From a plasmid, in the sequence record NZ_LR134467.1: 64,000 bases of DNA. One strand, written 5' to 3'. A program made the position numbers and the translations under genes. Shown one piece after another: positions 20,147 through 30,300 of this stretch. Each line of letters begins with the position of its first letter. The stretch's first letter is position 1. The notes under the pieces are model-generated. The model made no database searches and had not been told where the DNA came from. It worked only from the letters and a program-made list of their open reading frames with translations.

Positions 20147-21292
20147 GTGACCATCAGCACCCGCACAGGCCGGCCCATCGACAGTCCCCCGGACTGGGCC
20201 CGGGTTCCCGACGGTGCGCTGCAGGCGGTGGCGCTCGGCCCGCTGGTCCTCGAATCGGGTGAGGTCCTCGAGGACGTCACGATGACCTTCCAGCGCTGGG
20301 GCACCCCCACCGCGGCCCACGACAACGTCGTACTGGCGCTGCACGCGTTGACGGGCGATTCGCACGTCACCGGGCCGGCGGACGACGAGCACCGCTCGGC
20401 GGGCTGGTGGGACGGGCTGATCGGCCCGGGCGCCGCGGTCGACACCGACGAGTGGTGCGTGGTCTCGGCGAACGTCCTGGGCGGCTGCTCGGGGTCGACG
20501 GGGCCGGCGTCGATCGCGCCGGACGGACGGCCGTACGGCTCCCGCTTCCCGGTGATCACCGTCCGCGACCAGGTCGAGGCGGAAGCGGCGCTGCTGCGCG
20601 CGCTGGATGTGCACGACATCGCCTCCGTCGTCGGCGGATCGATGGGCGGCGCGCGGGCCCTCGAGTGGGCCCTCATGTACGGCGATTTCCTGCGCTCCGC
20701 GCTGGTCCTCGCCGTCGGCGCCCGCGCCACGGCCGATCAGATCGGCACGCAGACCACGCAGATCGCGGCGATCAAGGCCGATCCGCACTGGCGGGGTGGC
20801 GACTACCACGCTCACGGCGTGCACCCGGACGCCGGGCTGGGCGTCGCGCGCCGGATCGCGCACCTGACCTACCGCACAGAGATCGAGTTGGACAGCCGGT
20901 TCGAGAACGCCCCGCAGGGCGACGAGGATCCCCGTGCCGGCGGCCGGTACGCCGTGACCTCGTACCTCGACCACCAGGCCGAGAAGCTGGTGAACCGGTT
21001 CGACGCCGGTAGCTACGTCGTACTCACCGACGTGCTCAACCACCACGACGTGGGCCGCGGCCGCGGTGGGATCGAGGCGGCCCTGCGCCGCTGCCGGGTC
21101 CCGATCGTGGTGGGCGGCATCGACTCCGACCGCCTCTACCCGCTGCGGCTCCAGCAGGAGCTCGCGGATCTGCTGCCCGGCAGCGGCGATCCGGTGGTCG
21201 TGCACTCCCGCGACGGCCACGACGGCTTCCTCACCGAGATGGACGCGGTGGCGGATCTGCTGCGGCGCACCCTCGAGTCGGCGCGCCGCTGA
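20147..21292 (+). CDS. metX: homoserine O-acetyltransferase
   Basis: The alpha/beta-hydrolase MetX family with the nucleophile elbow GGSMGG, plus other conserved blocks ([13 protein letters not shown]..., RFPVITVRD). GTG at 20147 is preceded by a GAGGAGAGG RBS. The alternative in-frame GTG at 20123 lies inside the riboswitch hairpin. Confidence 0.88.
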   Translation: MTISTRTGRPIDSPPDWARVPDGALQAVALGPLVLESGEVLEDVTMTFQRWGTPTAAHDNVVLALHALTGDSHVTGPADDEHRSAGWWDGLIGPGAAVDTDEWCVVSANVLGGCSGSTGPASIAPDGRPYGSRFPVITVRDQVEAEAALLRALDVHDIASVVGGSMGGARALEWALMYGDFLRSALVLAVGARATADQIGTQTTQIAAIKADPHWRGGDYHAHGVHPDAGLGVARRIAHLTYRTEIELDSRFENAPQGDEDPRAGGRYAVTSYLDHQAEKLVNRFDAGSYVVLTDVLNHHDVGRGRGGIEAALRRCRVPIVVGGIDSDRLYPLRLQQELADLLPGSGDPVVVHSRDGHDGFLTEMDAVADLLRRTLESARR

Positions 21293-21316
21293 CCCGTCGG
21301 GGGACGAGGCGTCCGG

Positions 21317-22726
21317 TCAGGGCGCCGGTTCGGTGACCGTCGGCGCCGCAGCGGAATCCGCGGGCTGCCCCGGGGTGACCTCGGACGACGACGGATCCGA
21401 CTGCGCCGCTCCGGTGTTCACCGGATTCGAGCTCGAACTGCCGGTGCCCTGCGCGGCGCCGGCGCCCGGCGCGACGAGGCCGTTGCCCGGCGTGGGCTGC
21501 GACGAGTCCGGGCTGGGTGTGCGGGTGCCCTCCGTGGGCGTCCCGGGCGCCGTGGTCCCGGTCGGCGTCCCCGTCGGGGTGCCGGTCGGAATGGTCGGCA
21601 GGATCGTGGTCGGCAGCGTGCCGGTCGGCGAGGTCGGCGGGACCGTCGGCGTCGTCGGAACGGGCGGACGGGTCGTGGTGGGCACGACGGGCGGCGGCGC
21701 GAAGGTGGTCATGGTGGGCGTGACCTCGTCACCGCGGCCCGGCTCGGGCGGCGGAGCCGCTGTGGGCGGGACCGGCTTCTCGGGCGGCAACGTGGACGTG
21801 ACCGAGGAGATCCTCGCCTCCGTGGTGGAGGTGTCGTCCGAGGTCACGGAGTCGGAGGAGGTGGGAACCACCTCCTCGGTGCTGCGCGCAGCCGGTCCGA
21901 TGATCCCCGTCGCGTACCCCGTGGCGAGGACTGCGCCGGCGAGCGCGGCGACCACGAGCAGCGGCAGGATCGCCGCGGTGAGCCGCACGCTGTGCCCGCC
22001 CAGTACGCCGATACCGCTGTTGACCGCCGACGACGGTGCGGTGCCCGCGGCCCGGCGGTCGGCCGCGATCAGCGCGGCACCGGACGCCGTGATGGTCTCG
22101 GGCTCGTCGACGACCACCGGCTCGATGCCGGCATCGCGAGCCGCGGAGGAGACCGCCTCCCGCACAACGACGTTCAGCGCGCCCGCACCGATCAGTGCCA
22201 GCGCCTCCGGCGCGGCGGGCGCGCCGGCCGCGGCCGACCGCACGAGCGCGGCGAGGTGGTCGGCGGGTGCGGCGCCGGCACCGTCGGGAACGACGGCGCC
22301 GGTGCGCTTCTCGGCGATGACGGCTCCGTCGTGCACGGTGTACAGGCGGGCACCGTCGGCGCCGAGGTCGGCGACGAGTGCCGTGTCGTAACGCGCGATG
22401 GCGCCCCGCTCCCCCAGGCCCCGCAGGACGGCATCGGCATCGCGGACGATGCCGGCGGCGCGGACGCCGCCGCGTGCGCCCAGGCGGACGGAGAGCAGAT
22501 CGCGCCGCGAGCGGACGGTCACCGCGGACGCGTCGACGTCGCGCTCCGCGTGGCTCGCGAGCAGGTCGAAGCCCGAGGACAGGAGGTTGCCGCGGCGCCC
22601 GAGGCGGTACGGGCCGGGGTCGATGGTGCGCGCCTGGCGGTCGACGACGTGACCGTCCTCGATCTCGAGGAGCACGCAGTGCACGGGTCCGGAGCCCACG
22701 GACGCGCCGAAGGACGAGATCCTCAT
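21317..22726 (-). CDS. membrane protein with an N-terminal actin/Hsp70-like (ASKHA-fold) domain, a single TM helix and a Pro/Thr-rich extracytoplasmic tail
   Basis: ATG at 22726 with a GGAGG RBS 6 nt upstream. A DLGADGARLYTV phosphate-2-like motif, a TM helix (LTAAILPLLVVAALAGAVLATG) and then about 150 aa of low-complexity PTxPT tail. Confidence 0.55.
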   Translation of the reverse strand: MRISSFGASVGSGPVHCVLLEIEDGHVVDRQARTIDPGPYRLGRRGNLLSSGFDLLASHAERDVDASAVTVRSRRDLLSVRLGARGGVRAAGIVRDADAVLRGLGERGAIARYDTALVADLGADGARLYTVHDGAVIAEKRTGAVVPDGAGAAPADHLAALVRSAAAGAPAAPEALALIGAGALNVVVREAVSSAARDAGIEPVVVDEPETITASGAALIAADRRAAGTAPSSAVNSGIGVLGGHSVRLTAAILPLLVVAALAGAVLATGYATGIIGPAARSTEEVVPTSSDSVTSDDTSTTEARISSVTSTLPPEKPVPPTAAPPPEPGRGDEVTPTMTTFAPPPVVPTTTRPPVPTTPTVPPTSPTGTLPTTILPTIPTGTPTGTPTGTTAPGTPTEGTRTPSPDSSQPTPGNGLVAPGAGAAQGTGSSSSNPVNTGAAQSDPSSSEVTPGQPADSAAAPTVTEPAP

Positions 22727-22768
22727 GGCACCTCCGATCGGGTCGCTCACCGAGCCGTTATCTCCCCA

Positions 22769-22815
22769 CATCGTACCCGATGCCGAAATGTTACATACAA
22801 GAATAGAAATTCTTG
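22769..22815. promoter_or_regulatory. AT-rich intergenic patch with nested palindromes CATCG-tacc-CGATG and CAAGAAT-agaa-ATTCTTG
   Basis: Seen directly, 45-90 bp upstream of the 22726 start codon and just 3' of the DUF3017 stop. The local GC is far below the window average. Confidence 0.35.
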
Positions 22816-22831
22816 GTTTCGAGTATGTGGG

Positions 22832-23146
22832 TTACTTGGTGTCGAGCGGGCTGATCCCCCACGAGACGATCAGAATGGCCGCCGCTGCCAGGGCGAGCAC
22901 CGTGACGTCGAACCAGCGACTGCGCACCCGCAGCAGTCCCTGCCGCCGTTCGGGCAGGAAGGCGCGGAGGAGGGCGGCGAATCCGGTGCCCGCGCCGAAG
23001 ACGAACAGGCCGCGGCGCCAGTACTCCAGCCCGACCAGCACCATGCCCGCGGTGAGCACCCCGACGACGGCCACGTACCCCGCGTTCGCGATCACCGCGC
23101 GCACCACCCGGGCGCGCCGGTACTGCTCGACCGCGGGTTCGGTCAC
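22832..23146 (-). CDS. DUF3017 small membrane protein (Rv3355c-like)
   Basis: GTG at 23146 overlaps the folD stop. 104 aa with two TM helices (VIANAGYVAVVGVLTAGMVLVGLEYW...). The long N-terminal Arg-rich extension of ORF 22832..23743 is rejected. Confidence 0.65.
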   Translation of the reverse strand: MTEPAVEQYRRARVVRAVIANAGYVAVVGVLTAGMVLVGLEYWRRGLFVFGAGTGFAALLRAFLPERRQGLLRVRSRWFDVTVLALAAAAILIVSWGISPLDTK

Positions 23147-24021
23147 TAGGCCCGGTCCGAACGCGCGAGGTCGCGCTCCGCGGCGTCGATCACGTTGCCC
23201 AGCAGGAACGCCCGGGTCAGCGGGCCGACACCGCCCGGGTTCGGGGAGAGGTGGCCGGCGACCTCGGCGACGCCGGGCGCCACGTCGCCGCGCAGGCCGT
23301 CGGCGGTGCGGCTCACGCCCACGTCGAGCACGGCGGCGCCGGGCTTGACCATGTCGGCGGTGATCAGGCCGGGCACGCCGGCGGCGGCGATCACGATGTC
23401 GGCCCGGCGCACCTCGGCACCCAGGTCCCGGGTACCGGTGTGGCACAGCGTGACCGTCGCGTTCTCGGAACGCCGGGTCAGCAGCAGGCCGATCGGGCGC
23501 CCGACCGTGACGCCGCGCCCCACGACCACGACGTGCGCCCCGTTCAGCGGGACGTCGTAGCGGCGCAGGAGATGGACGATGCCGTGCGGCGTGCAGGGAA
23601 GCGGGCCGTCGGCGCCGAGCACGAGGCGGCCCAGGTTGGTCGGGTGCAGGCCGTCGGCGTCCTTCGCGGGGTCGATCCGCTCGAGGATCGCGTTCTCGTC
23701 GATGTGCTTCGGGAGCGGGAGCTGCACGATGTAGCCGGTGCACGCGGGATCCGCGTTGAGCTCGTCGATGACGGCCTCGAGTTCGGCCTGCGAGATCTCC
23801 GCCGGCAGATCGCGGCGGATCGACTCGATGCCGACCTTCGCGCAGTCGGCGTGCTTGCCCTTGACGTACGAGTGAGAGCCGGGATCGTCGCCGACCAGCA
23901 CGGTCCCGAGCCCGGGGACCACCCCGCGGGCCCGCAGCGCGGTCACGCGCTCACGGAAGCTCTCGAAGAGTTCGTCGCGGGTCTTCTTACCGTCCAGTAC
24001 AAGCGCCGTCACGGCCCACAT
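23146..24021 (-). CDS. folD: bifunctional methylenetetrahydrofolate dehydrogenase/cyclohydrolase
   Basis: 291 aa with conserved FolD blocks ([20 protein letters not shown] and [18 protein letters not shown]). Confidence 0.9.
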   Translation of the reverse strand: MWAVTALVLDGKKTRDELFESFRERVTALRARGVVPGLGTVLVGDDPGSHSYVKGKHADCAKVGIESIRRDLPAEISQAELEAVIDELNADPACTGYIVQLPLPKHIDENAILERIDPAKDADGLHPTNLGRLVLGADGPLPCTPHGIVHLLRRYDVPLNGAHVVVVGRGVTVGRPIGLLLTRRSENATVTLCHTGTRDLGAEVRRADIVIAAAGVPGLITADMVKPGAAVLDVGVSRTADGLRGDVAPGVAEVAGHLSPNPGGVGPLTRAFLLGNVIDAAERDLARSDRA

Positions 24022-24099
24022 CCTATCGCCCTGGGATCAGCGCGACGATTTCCACCGGTTCGAGTCGCTTTCGTTCGCGATCCAACAGATACTGAGGCC

Positions 24100-24690
24100 A
24101 TGACTCATCAGAATCCCCTCCAGCAGGGCATCCAGCAGAGCGTCAAGTCGACGTGGCAGGCCATCCTCGCGCTGGGCGTGCTGTCCATCGTCCTGGGCGT
24201 CATCATCGCGGTGTGGCCCGGACCCACCACCCTGGTCGTGGGCATCCTGTTCGGTGTCTTCCTCCTCCTGACCGGCGCGTTCCAGGTGATCGCCGGCCTG
24301 CTCGGCGAGACGCAGCACCGCGTGCTGACCGTGATCAGCGGTGCGCTCGCGCTCGTCCTCGGCGTCTCCTGCTTCCGCGACGACGTCGTCAACTCGGTGG
24401 CGATCCTCGGCATCTGGATCGGCGTGAGCTGGATCTTCTCGGGCGTCACCTCGATCGTCATCGGCATCTCCGACAAGCAGCTCCCCAACCGCGTGTGGGT
24501 CGTGATCCTCGGCATCATCAGCCTCGCCGGCGGCGCCGTGCTCATCGCGTACCCGTTCTCCGTCGAGGTGCTCGTGCTGGTCGCCGGCATCTGGGCCGTC
24601 GCCATCGGCATCGTGCAGGTCATCTCGGCCTTCCAGCTGCGCAGCACCGCCAAGCAGGTGCAGCAGCGCGTCTCCGACCTGGTCGGCTGA
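24100..24690 (+). CDS. HdeD/DUF308 family membrane protein
   Basis: ATG at 24100, in frame with ORF 23251..24690. 196 aa with 6 TM helices and the repeated ILGI/GIWxG pattern of DUF308. Confidence 0.8.
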   Translation: MTHQNPLQQGIQQSVKSTWQAILALGVLSIVLGVIIAVWPGPTTLVVGILFGVFLLLTGAFQVIAGLLGETQHRVLTVISGALALVLGVSCFRDDVVNSVAILGIWIGVSWIFSGVTSIVIGISDKQLPNRVWVVILGIISLAGGAVLIAYPFSVEVLVLVAGIWAVAIGIVQVISAFQLRSTAKQVQQRVSDLVG

Positions 24691-24710
24691 CGAACCCTCC
24701 TCCTCCGAGT

Positions 24711-24748
24711 GCGGAACACGGGTGACAGGATCGTCACCCGTGTTCCGC
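24711..24748 (+). promoter_or_regulatory. 16-bp perfect inverted repeat GCGGAACACGGGTGAC-aggatc-GTCACCCGTGTTCCGC spanning the trmL start codon region
   Basis: Seen directly. Both candidate GTG starts of trmL (24722 and 24740) lie inside the stem. It is 21 nt after the HdeD-like stop. Confidence 0.5.
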
Positions 24749-25204
24749 ATTCTGTTCTTCGAGCCCCGGATCGCCCCCAACACGGGCAACGCGATCCGCA
24801 TCGCCGCCGTCACCGGATGCGAGCTGCACCTGGTCGAGCCGCTCGGCTTCGATCTCTCCGAGCCCAAGCTGCGGCGCGCCGGGCTGGACTACCACGATCT
24901 GGCGCACGTGAGCGTGCACGCCGACCTGGACGCCGCCTGGGCGGCGCTGGAGCCCCGCACCGTCTACGCCTACACGGCGCACGCGACGCGGCACCACCAC
25001 GAGGTCGCCTACGCCCCCGGCGACGTCCTCCTCTTCGGCCCCGAGCCGACGGGGCTCCCGCCCGAGGTGCTCGCCGACCCGCGCATCACCGAGGCGCTCC
25101 GCATCCCCATGCTGGCGGGCCGCCGCTCCCTCAACCTCGCCAACAGCGCCGCGATCGTCGCGTACGAGGCGTGGCGGCAGAACGGCTTCGACGGGGCGCT
25201 CTGA
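24722..25204 (+). CDS. trmL: tRNA (cytidine/uridine-2'-O)-methyltransferase TrmL (SpoU/TrmH family)
   Basis: 160 aa (IAPNTGNAIRIAAVTGCELHLVEP..., GRRSLNLANSAAIVAYE). The start may be the GTG at 24740. Confidence 0.85.
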   Translation: MTGSSPVFRILFFEPRIAPNTGNAIRIAAVTGCELHLVEPLGFDLSEPKLRRAGLDYHDLAHVSVHADLDAAWAALEPRTVYAYTAHATRHHHEVAYAPGDVLLFGPEPTGLPPEVLADPRITEALRIPMLAGRRSLNLANSAAIVAYEAWRQNGFDGAL

Positions 25205-25226
25205 CGGCGCCGGAACGCCGGCGCCG
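25205..25226. terminator. bidirectional terminator-like hairpin CGGCGCCGG-aacg-CCGGCGCCG
   Basis: 9-bp perfect stem between the convergent trmL and alpha/beta-hydrolase genes. Confidence 0.45.
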
Positions 25227-25234
25227 CACCGCGA

Positions 25235-26983
25235 CTACCCGGTCGGTTCGTTGTAGCCGTTCTGGCTGTTGAGGATCGGGCGCAGCTTCGCGGTCTTCTC
25301 CGGCGTCCAGCCGGGCGGCTCCAGGATCGCGGCCCAGGAATCCGCGGCGGCCTTGACGTAACTGTGCCCGTGGCCGTCCGGGACGTTCACGGCCACGGCC
25401 ATGTCGGCCGAGACCTGCAGGAAGGTCACGATCGGCACCCACGACACCGAGGACAGCACGTCGATCCCGCGTTCCTCGCGCAGCCAGTCCGGCTTGCTGA
25501 AAGCGAGGTCGGGCGTCCACCGGCCGATCGGGTCCGAGGCGTGCTGGAGGTAGACCACGCGCGGGCCGTTCCACGGGCCGGACGGCTTCGCGAGATCCTC
25601 GGCGCGGGCGGCGAACCGGACGTTGGCGCCCTCCTGGTAGACGGGCAGCCATTCCGGCGAACCCGCGTCGCGCTGCTCGGTCAGCCGCACCCACATCTCG
25701 TTGTTGAAGGTGGGCCCGGAGAAGAGGGCACCGTCGGTCCGGGCGAGCAGGTTGTTGAGCGAGAGGAACGGGGCCTCGCCGCCGAAGGAGCCGAGGCTCT
25801 CGCCGAAGACGACGAGCTTGGGCCGCTGCCCCTCGGGGAGCGCCTTGACCCGCTTGTCGACGGCCTCGAAGAGCGCCTGCCCGGCGTCGAGGGCGTTCTG
25901 CTTGTCGACGAGGAAGGACAGCCAGCTGGGCAGGTACGAGTACTGCATGCTGACGATCGCCGTGTCGCCGTTGTACATGTACTCGAGCGCGCCGGCCTCC
26001 GCCTCGTTCACCCAGCCGGTGCCGGTGGTCATCGCGACGGCGACGACCTTGCGCCGCAGGCCGCCGGTCCGCTCAAGCTCCTGCGCGGTCTTCTCCGCGA
26101 TCGCCTGGTAGCGGTTGGGGTCGTCGGAGTCCACGGACCCGAGGCCAGCGTAGGTGCGGATCGGTTCGATGGCGGGGGCGCCGTTGAAGGCCGTCAGGTG
26201 CTCGACCGTCTGCGCGTTCGAGACGAAGACGCGTCCCTGCTTACCGAGCGACGACCACTCGACGAGGGAGCCCGGGCCGCCCGAACGGAAGGCGCTCGTG
26301 GGCGCCGGGCGGTCGGTCCCGCCCTCGCGGTTGACCTTCGAGAAGGTGTTGTTCATCGCGTCCATCGCGCCGCGCACCACGACGCCGTTGATGACGCCGA
26401 CCGACAGCAGCAGAACGAGGCCGACGGCGACGACCGCGGCGACGCGGGGCGGGCAGTAGCCGCCGAGCTTGCCGGCGATCCACCGCACCAGCGTGCGCAC
26501 GCCCTTGCCGACCTCGACGAAGACGTAGAGCAGTACGATCGACAGCACCCCGATCTCCAGGTAGTCGACGAAGCGCAGGTACTCGACGTCCATCAGGTCG
26601 CGCAGGCGGGTCTGCCAGGAGTCGAAGAACAGGACCATGCCGATCGTCCCGACGACGCCGATGCCGAGGAGCACCCACCACGCCCTGCGGGGGGCGGGCG
26701 GCGTGGAGTCCTGGGACCGCATGAACCGGACGAGCCACACACCGAAGACGCCGAACATGTAGCCGAGCGCGCCGGAACCGCCGCTGACCAGGCTCTGGAA
26801 CAGCGGGCCGCGCGGCAGCAGCGACGGGGTCAGGGAGAGCCAGAGGAACACTAGACCGACCGCGGTACCGGTGAAGGTGTAGCGGTGCGACCACCACTCC
26901 CGGATCCGGTCGAGCACCCCGGAGTCCTCCGTGACGGACTCCTCGGCAACGGACTCCGCCGCGCCTTCGACTGCCTCACTCAT
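25235..26983 (-). CDS. alpha/beta-hydrolase family membrane protein (Abhydrolase_9-like, N-terminal 4-TM domain)
   Basis: 582 aa with N-terminal TM helices and a C-terminal hydrolase domain (GESLGSFGGE nucleophile elbow). Confidence 0.8.
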   Translation of the reverse strand: MSEAVEGAAESVAEESVTEDSGVLDRIREWWSHRYTFTGTAVGLVFLWLSLTPSLLPRGPLFQSLVSGGSGALGYMFGVFGVWLVRFMRSQDSTPPAPRRAWWVLLGIGVVGTIGMVLFFDSWQTRLRDLMDVEYLRFVDYLEIGVLSIVLLYVFVEVGKGVRTLVRWIAGKLGGYCPPRVAAVVAVGLVLLLSVGVINGVVVRGAMDAMNNTFSKVNREGGTDRPAPTSAFRSGGPGSLVEWSSLGKQGRVFVSNAQTVEHLTAFNGAPAIEPIRTYAGLGSVDSDDPNRYQAIAEKTAQELERTGGLRRKVVAVAMTTGTGWVNEAEAGALEYMYNGDTAIVSMQYSYLPSWLSFLVDKQNALDAGQALFEAVDKRVKALPEGQRPKLVVFGESLGSFGGEAPFLSLNNLLARTDGALFSGPTFNNEMWVRLTEQRDAGSPEWLPVYQEGANVRFAARAEDLAKPSGPWNGPRVVYLQHASDPIGRWTPDLAFSKPDWLREERGIDVLSSVSWVPIVTFLQVSADMAVAVNVPDGHGHSYVKAAADSWAAILEPPGWTPEKTAKLRPILNSQNGYNEPTG

Positions 26984-27280
26984 CCACGTCTCCCCTACTG
27001 CGGAAATGCCGGTGTCTCATCATGCACCGCCCGTGCCCGGTGCGCCTGCAAAGGCAGTCTGTCACGGGGCCCGGTTCACCCGTTGCCTCGCGCCTCTCAG
27101 GGGACGCCAATATCATCGAGCGGACCGCGATGACCCGACTGCCCCGCGGACGCACCGGTGCCGGCCGACGCCCGGCTCCGGCTGGCCCGCCACCATAAAC
27201 CTCCGATGTTTAGAGGCCCCTCGATGTACGTGGGGCTTGAACTTCCAGTTCGCCACCTGAGTTCTCTGCAATTTCCGAGC

Positions 27281-27311
27281 GATTCATCGGCTCTTTTGGT
27301 AGATTCATCGG
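27281..27311. promoter_or_regulatory. direct repeat GATTCATCGG x2 (21-bp period) in the AT-rich pyc upstream region
   Basis: Seen directly at 27281-27290 and 27302-27311, 32-62 bp upstream of the pyc ATG. Confidence 0.3.
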
Positions 27312-27342
27312 GTCAGACTGACGCGATGACTGGAGCACGTCC

Positions 27343-30300
27343 ATGACGGAGACCCCCACGCCCGGCCACCCCTCGGGCTCCACCTTCTCGAAGATCCTCG
27401 TCGCCAACCGCGGCGAGATCGCGATCCGCGGCTTCCGCGCCGCGGTGGAGACCGGCGCCCGCACCGTGGCGGTGTACCCCTACGAGGACCGGAACTCGCC
27501 GCACCGGCAGAAGGCGGACGAGGCGTACCAGATCGGCGTGGAGGGCCACCCGGTCCGGGCGTACCTCAGCGTCGACGAGATCCTGCGGATCGCGAAGCAG
27601 TCGGGTGCCGACGCGGTGTACCCCGGCTACGGCTTCCTCTCGGAGAATCCGGACCTCGCGGCGGCGTGCGCGGCCGCGGGGATCACCTTCGTGGGCCCGC
27701 CCACCGAGGTGCTCGAACTGACCGGCAACAAGGCGCGGGCGATCGCGGCGGCCCGGGACGCGGGACTGCCGGTCCTGACGTCGACGGCGCCGTCGTCGGA
27801 CGTCGACGAGTTGCTGGCCGCCGCGCAGGACATGCACTTCCCGGTGTTCGTCAAGGCGGTCGCCGGTGGCGGCGGCCGCGGGATGCGGCGGGTGAACACG
27901 ATCGACGAGTTGCGGGACGCGATCGAGATCGCCTCGCGGGAGGCGGAATCGGCGTTCGGCGACGCGACGGTCTTCCTCGAGGAGGCCGTGATCGACCCGC
28001 GCCACATCGAGGTGCAGATCCTCGCGGACACCGCGGGCAACGTGATCCACCTCTTCGAGCGGGACTGCTCGCTGCAGCGTCGCCACCAGAAGGTGATCGA
28101 GATGGCGCCCGCGCCGAACATCTCGGACGAGCTGCGGCAGCGGCTGTGCACCGATGCGGTGAACTTCGCGAGGGCGATCGGCTACAGCTGCGCCGGCACC
28201 GTCGAGTTCCTCGTCGATCCGCAGGGCCGGCACGTCTTCATCGAGATGAACCCGCGGATCCAGGTGGAGCACACGGTGACCGAGGAGGTCACCGACGTCG
28301 ACCTGGTCGCCGCGCAGCTCAAGGTCGCCGCCGGGGCCACCCTCCCGGAGCTGGGGCTCACGCAGGACGCGATCCACCTCAACGGCGCCGCGCTGCAGTG
28401 CCGCATCACCACCGAGGACCCGACCGACGGCTTCCGCCCGGACACCGGGCGGGTCAGCGCGTACCGCACGCCCGGCGGCGCGGGCATCCGCCTCGACGGC
28501 GGCACCTCGGTGGGCGCGGAGATCAGCCCGCACTTCGACTCGATGCTGGTCAAGCTCACCACCCGCGGCCGGGACCGGGAGACGGCGATCGTCCGCGCGC
28601 GACGCGCCCTCGCCGAGTTCCGTATTCGCGGTGTCGCGACGAACATCCCGTACCTCCAGGCGGTCCTGGCCGATCCGGCGTTCGTCGCGGGTGAGGTGAC
28701 CACGTCGTTCATCGAGCAGCGGCCGGAGCTGCTCACCGCCCGCGGCTCGTCGGACACCGCCTCGAAGATCCTGCGCTACCTGGCGGACGTCACCGTCAAC
28801 AAGCCGCACGGCACCCGCCCGACGAAGGTGTACGCGATCGACAAGCTACCCGCCGTCGACCTCAGCGCACCCGCGCCGGAGGGCTCGCAGCAACGACTCG
28901 AGCGCCTGGGCCCCGCCGGATTCGCTGCGGACCTGCGCGCGCAGACGGCGCTCGCGGTCACCGACACCACGTTCCGCGACGCGCATCAGTCGCTGCTCGC
29001 GACGCGCGTGCGGACTTCCGCGCTGGCCACGATCGCGCCCTACGAGGCGCGGCTGACGCCGCAGCTCCTGTCGGTCGAGGCGTGGGGCGGTGCGACCTAC
29101 GACGTGGCGTTGCGGTTCCTGCACGAGGACCCGTGGGAGCGGCTCGCCACGCTGCACGCCGCCATGCCGAACATCTGCCTGCAGATGCTGCTGCGCGGCC
29201 GGAACACCGTGGGCTACACGCCCTACCCGCAGCAGGTCACGGATTCGTTCGTCGCGGAGGCGGCCGCCACCGGCGTGGGGATCTTCCGGATCTTCGACGC
29301 GCTCAACGACGTCGAGCAGATGCGCCCGGCGATCGAGGCCGTGCTCGCCACGAACACCGCGGTCGCGGAGGGCGCGCTCTCCTACACCGGCGACCTCGCG
29401 AATCCGCGCGAGAGCCTCTACACGCTGGACTACTACCTGGGCGTCGCGGAGCGGATCGTCAAGGCGGGCGCGCACATCCTCGCGATCAAGGACATGGCCG
29501 GGCTGCTGCGCCCCGCCGCCGCGACCACGCTGGTGACCGCCCTGCGCAAGGAGTTCGACCTTCCGGTCCACGTGCACACGCACGACACCCCGGGCGGCCA
29601 GCTCGCCACGTACCTCGCCGCCTGGACCGCCGGCGCGGACGCCGTCGACGGGGCCGCCGCGCCGCTGTCGGGTACCACGAGCCAGCCCTCGCTGTCGTCG
29701 ATCGTCGCCGCCACCGCGCACACCGAACGGGACACCGGCATCGACCTCGACGCGGTGTGCTCCCTCGAGCCCTACTGGGAGGCCGTGCGCGGGGCGTACG
29801 CGCCGTTCGAGTCCGGCCTGAAGGCGCCGACGGGACGGGTGTACCACCACGAGATCCCCGGCGGGCAGCTGTCGAACCTGCGCCAGCAGGCCGGGGCACT
29901 GGGTCTGGCGGAGCGGTTCGAGGACATCGAGAACGCCTACGCCGCCGCCGATCGCATGCTCGGCAGGCTCGTCAAGGTCACCCCGTCGTCGAAGGTCGTC
30001 GGCGACCTCGCCCTCGCCCTGGTCGGCACCGGCGTCTCCCCCGACGACTTCGCCGCGGACCCCGGCAAGTACGACATCCCCGACTCGGTGATCGGCTTCC
30101 TCCGCGGCGAGCTCGGCACCCCGCCCGGTGGTTGGCCGGAGCCGCTGCGTAGTCGCGCCCTCGAGGGCCGCGCCGAGGCCGCACCGGTCAGCGACGTGCC
30201 GGCCGACGAGGCCGCCGAGCTGGCGGGCACCTCGGAGCAGCGCCGGGCGTCGCTGAGCCGCCTGCTCTTCCCCGGACCGATGCGCGAGTTCACCGAGCAC

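Noticed and set aside
22727-22771. Using the first ATG (22771) of ORF 21317..22771 as the start
   Set aside because: It would place the start inside the AT-rich palindromic region with no RBS. The ATG at 22726 has a GGAGG 6 nt upstream and begins a sensible N-terminus.
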